A stretch of 16,674 nucleotides of DNA. It comes from Candidatus Methanoperedens sp. Its GTDB lineage: Archaea > Halobacteriota > Methanosarcinia > Methanosarcinales > Methanoperedenaceae. This document shows positions 15,324-16,674 of this stretch, piece by piece (position 1 is the first letter of the stretch; each line of letters starts with the position of its first letter). The translations under genes and the position numbers were made by a program. The stretch spans positions 1 through 16,674 of the forward strand of contig JAPZAR010000016.1 in the NCBI GenBank assembly GCA_027460535.1. Reading direction: 5' to 3'. The notes beneath the pieces were generated by a model. The model saw only the letters and a program-made list of their open reading frames with translations, was not told the origin of the DNA and made no database searches.

Positions 15324-15704
15324 CTGCTTCCTCCTGACAATTTAAGGTCATAAATAATTTCTTTTTCAGGATATGAACTTTTGTGTAACGGCGCTGACAC
15401 CCCGTAACATGCAGATCATTAAATCTGCTATTTCAATACCGTCATATCCTTCCTACACGGCGCCGCTCAATCGCCGCGGAGGCTGTTGCTGCTTTGTTTT
15501 CACGTCTGAAATGTTGATGAAATGGGCTTTTTTGTGAGGAGAGAAGATGTGCCGCTTTCGGTCGGGTTGGGGCGAGAGGTATCTTATCAGTTCGCCAGTT
15601 GGCCTGACGGGGCTGGTATTGAAAGATTGTAATAATGCCGCTAATTTACCGAGGGGCTTATAATTAGGGAAGTTATAATAAACAAAAAATAGAAGGATAT
15701 CGTA

Positions 15705-15989
15705 TTGAAAATTAAAGGAATTATCTGGTATGAAGGAATTATTGAGAAACTCGAAAAAAAACATAATGTTCAGCAATATGAGGTACGGGAAGTTTTGGTC
15801 AATGACCCAAAGTTTCGTTATATTGAAAAAGGCCTGCAACCGAACGAAGATGTATATGCTGCACTTGGAAAGACAAATGCTGGAAGGTATCTTATTATTT
15901 TCTTTATCTACAAATTAAATAAGCATGCACTTATCGTGTCGGCACGAGATATGACACGAGGGGAACGGAAGAAATATGAACAAAAATAA
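15705..15989 (+). CDS. brnT: BrnT-like (DUF497) type II toxin
   Basis: 94 aa. IIWYEGIIEKLEKKHNVQQYEVREV at the N-terminus and LIVSARDMTRGERKKYE at the C-terminus match the BrnT/DUF497 pattern. The TTG start is preceded by GAAGGA. The gene overlaps the downstream antitoxin gene by 14 nt. Confidence 0.7.
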   Translation: MKIKGIIWYEGIIEKLEKKHNVQQYEVREVLVNDPKFRYIEKGLQPNEDVYAALGKTNAGRYLIIFFIYKLNKHALIVSARDMTRGERKKYEQK

Positions 15990-16239
15990 AGGCTCCATAT
16001 CCAAAGCAAAAAAGTATGAAGAAATCGGTGAATTCTGGGATACGCATGATCTCGCCGAACACTGGGATGAAACCACATCTGCCAAATTCGAAGTCGATCT
16101 GCAGTCCGAGTTGACATATTATGCGGTTGACAGTCGATTATCGGCAAAGATAGAAGAGTTTGCCAGAAGACGCGGTATATCTCCCGATACGCTTTTAAAT
16201 CTATGGCTGCAGGAAAAATTACAGGAGCAGAATGCCTGA
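15976..16239 (+). CDS. brnA: BrnA-like antitoxin (CopG/RHH-type C-terminus)
   Basis: 87 aa. EEIGEFWDTHDLAEHWDET...FEVDLQSE...VDSRLSAKIEEFARRRGISPDTLLNLWLQEKL is the usual architecture of antitoxins paired with DUF497 toxins. Confidence 0.7.
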   Translation: MNKNKGSISKAKKYEEIGEFWDTHDLAEHWDETTSAKFEVDLQSELTYYAVDSRLSAKIEEFARRRGISPDTLLNLWLQEKLQEQNA

Positions 16240-16270
16240 ACGATTCATTCAGGGGTCCGAGTCTTTCTGT

Positions 16271-16380
16271 ATATTTATCACAGCCTAATTATTAATCCCT
16301 CGGCGCCGATATGTTCCCGAAGCAGCAATATTCAACTGGAGCCGAAGCATGATTTCCTGAAAATAAAAAACCGCAGATGA
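16271..16380 (+). repeat. Copy 1 of the 110-bp promoter/leader cassette (TATA-like ATATTTAT, then a leader, ending on ATGA)
   Basis: 16301-16380 is identical over 80 nt to 16469-16548. Upstream, ATATTTAT and TAATTATTAAT are also shared, with about 8 mismatches across 16271-16300. Confidence 0.9.
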
Positions 16381-16401
16381 ACGCAGATAAACGCAGATTT
16401 A
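16372..16401 (+). repeat. Three tandem 10-nt units CGCAGATNNA (cgcagatgaa cgcagataaa cgcagattta)
   Basis: Read directly from the sequence. Copy 2 of the cassette has only a single unit (cgcagatgag at 16540-16549). Confidence 0.85.
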
Positions 16402-16448
16402 TAGTCTCGCTTTTCATAACACTCTTCTATTGCTCCGAATATTTATAA
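16377..16448 (+). CDS. Candidate 23-aa small hydrophobic ORF MNADKRRFIVSLFITLFYCSEYL behind leader copy 1
   Basis: The ATG is at the same leader position as the ATG of the downstream partial ORF. The stop lies inside the TATA-like box of copy 2. There is no homology evidence. Confidence 0.25.
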   Translation: MNADKRRFIVSLFITLFYCSEYL

Positions 16449-16548
16449 CTCTGTAATTATTAATTTCCCGGCGCCGATATGTTCCCGAAGCAGCAATATT
16501 CAACTGGAGCCGAAGCATGATTTCCTGAAAATAAAAAACCGCAGATGA
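16439..16548 (+). repeat. Copy 2 of the 110-bp promoter/leader cassette
   Basis: Same alignment as copy 1 at a constant offset of 168 nt. It ends on the ATG (16545) of the partial ORF that runs off the window. Confidence 0.9.
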
Positions 16549-16674
16549 GCGTACTATTAACACTTTCGGTCAGCATTATCTTAACGGCGCTGGGGTTACG
16601 ACCCCAGACCCCAACGGATGCGCCGCCGCTGGCGGGGTTTAACACGAAATCACCGGTTGCATATTTTCACGATT
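16545..16674 (+). CDS. Partial CDS (43 codons, open to the window end) with a hydrophobic, signal-peptide-like or membrane-anchor N-terminus
   Basis: Hand translation gives MSVLLTLSVSIILTALGLRPQTPTDAPPLAGFNTKSPVAYFHD with no stop before the edge. It is not in the ORF track because it is short and unterminated. Confidence 0.4.
   Translation, partial: MSVLLTLSVSIILTALGLRPQTPTDAPPLAGFNTKSPVAYFHD

Noticed and set aside
15386-15396. Shared 11-mer TAACGGCGCTG at 15386-15396 and 16582-16592 as a possible repeat or att-like site
   Set aside because: Tens of chance 11-mer matches are expected in a 16.7 kb window, and the flanking bases do not extend the match.
15196-15460. yybP-ykoY-type manganese riboswitch upstream of the VIT1/CCC1 transporter
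   Set aside because: I read the minus strand of the whole upstream region and did not find the conserved GGGGAGUAG-like core or the paired four-helix layout. Only a small GCAGAT/ATCTGC hairpin (15411-15428) is present. A covariance-model search would be needed to exclude it fully.
15453-15839. 128-aa minus-strand ORF (and the plus/minus ORFs 15730..15918 and 15908..16147) in the toxin-antitoxin region
   Set aside because: The sequence is low-complexity and Phe/Asn-rich with no recognisable motifs. These ORFs overlap the well-supported BrnT/BrnA genes on the opposite strand or in another frame, so they are shadow ORFs of AT-rich DNA.
16271-16548. The two long direct repeats considered as a CRISPR array
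   Set aside because: There are only two copies. The unit is about 110 nt with a 58-nt gap, with no short palindromic repeat structure and no cas genes. Each copy ends on an ATG with a TATA-like box upstream, which fits duplicated promoter/leader cassettes better.
16460-16645. 61-aa minus-strand ORF across leader copy 2
   Set aside because: It is a Gly/Ser/Ala-rich shadow of the GC-rich plus-strand ORF, has no motifs, and runs through the repeated leader. The plus-strand reading is more coherent.
1-16674. tRNA, rRNA or other canonical RNA genes
   Set aside because: I scanned the intergenic regions (600-647, 7628-7964, 12393-12595, 13281-13410, 14089-14397, 15196-15704, 16240-16544) by eye. 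I found no tRNA-like acceptor or T-arm (GTTCGAATC-type) signatures and no rRNA starts. A tRNAscan or Rfam run would be needed for certainty.

Overview
This is a gene-dense 16.7 kb window, mostly minus-strand. Typical coding lines are about 40% GC by hand count (25/60 at 6601-6660).

**Content, left to right**
1. A partial IS1-like insertion sequence runs off the left edge. Its transposase is spread over three reading frames, and one junction sits on a canonical A AAA AAG slippery heptamer.
2. A seven-gene minus-strand operon spans 7627 down to 648: acetyl-CoA acetyltransferase, acyl-CoA dehydrogenase, 3-hydroxyacyl-CoA dehydrogenase, enoyl-CoA hydratase, FixC, FixX and a fold-type III PLP decarboxylase. 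Three of these genes (acd, hbd, fixC) are broken by five separate lesions, while their neighbours are intact.
3. A long (530 aa) acyl-CoA dehydrogenase lies on the plus strand. It converges on a translationally coupled minus-strand operon of a thiolase-fold protein, a DUF35 Zn-ribbon/OB-fold protein and an MBL-fold hydrolase. The thiolase-fold protein appears to lack the nucleophilic Cys, and the MBL carries HxNxDH instead of HxHxDH. I rank this module as the best candidate for undescribed biochemistry.
4. The right part looks accessory. It holds a C-terminally truncated hemerythrin-like gene, a VOC/glyoxalase-fold gene, a DUF1614 membrane protein, a compositionally foreign (about 60% GC) VIT1/CCC1 transporter bracketed by a 12-bp direct repeat, and a BrnT/BrnA toxin-antitoxin pair.
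5. At the right edge is a duplicated 110-bp promoter/leader cassette with 80 nt of perfect identity. Each copy ends exactly on an ATG.

I saw no rRNA, tRNA or CRISPR array by eye.

**Host.** An archaeon is suggested by AGA/AGG/ATA-rich codon usage, TATA-like boxes and an apparently leaderless start. This is inference only, and no database search was possible.

**Caveat.** All frameshift calls could be assembly errors, and read-level verification is the decisive test.
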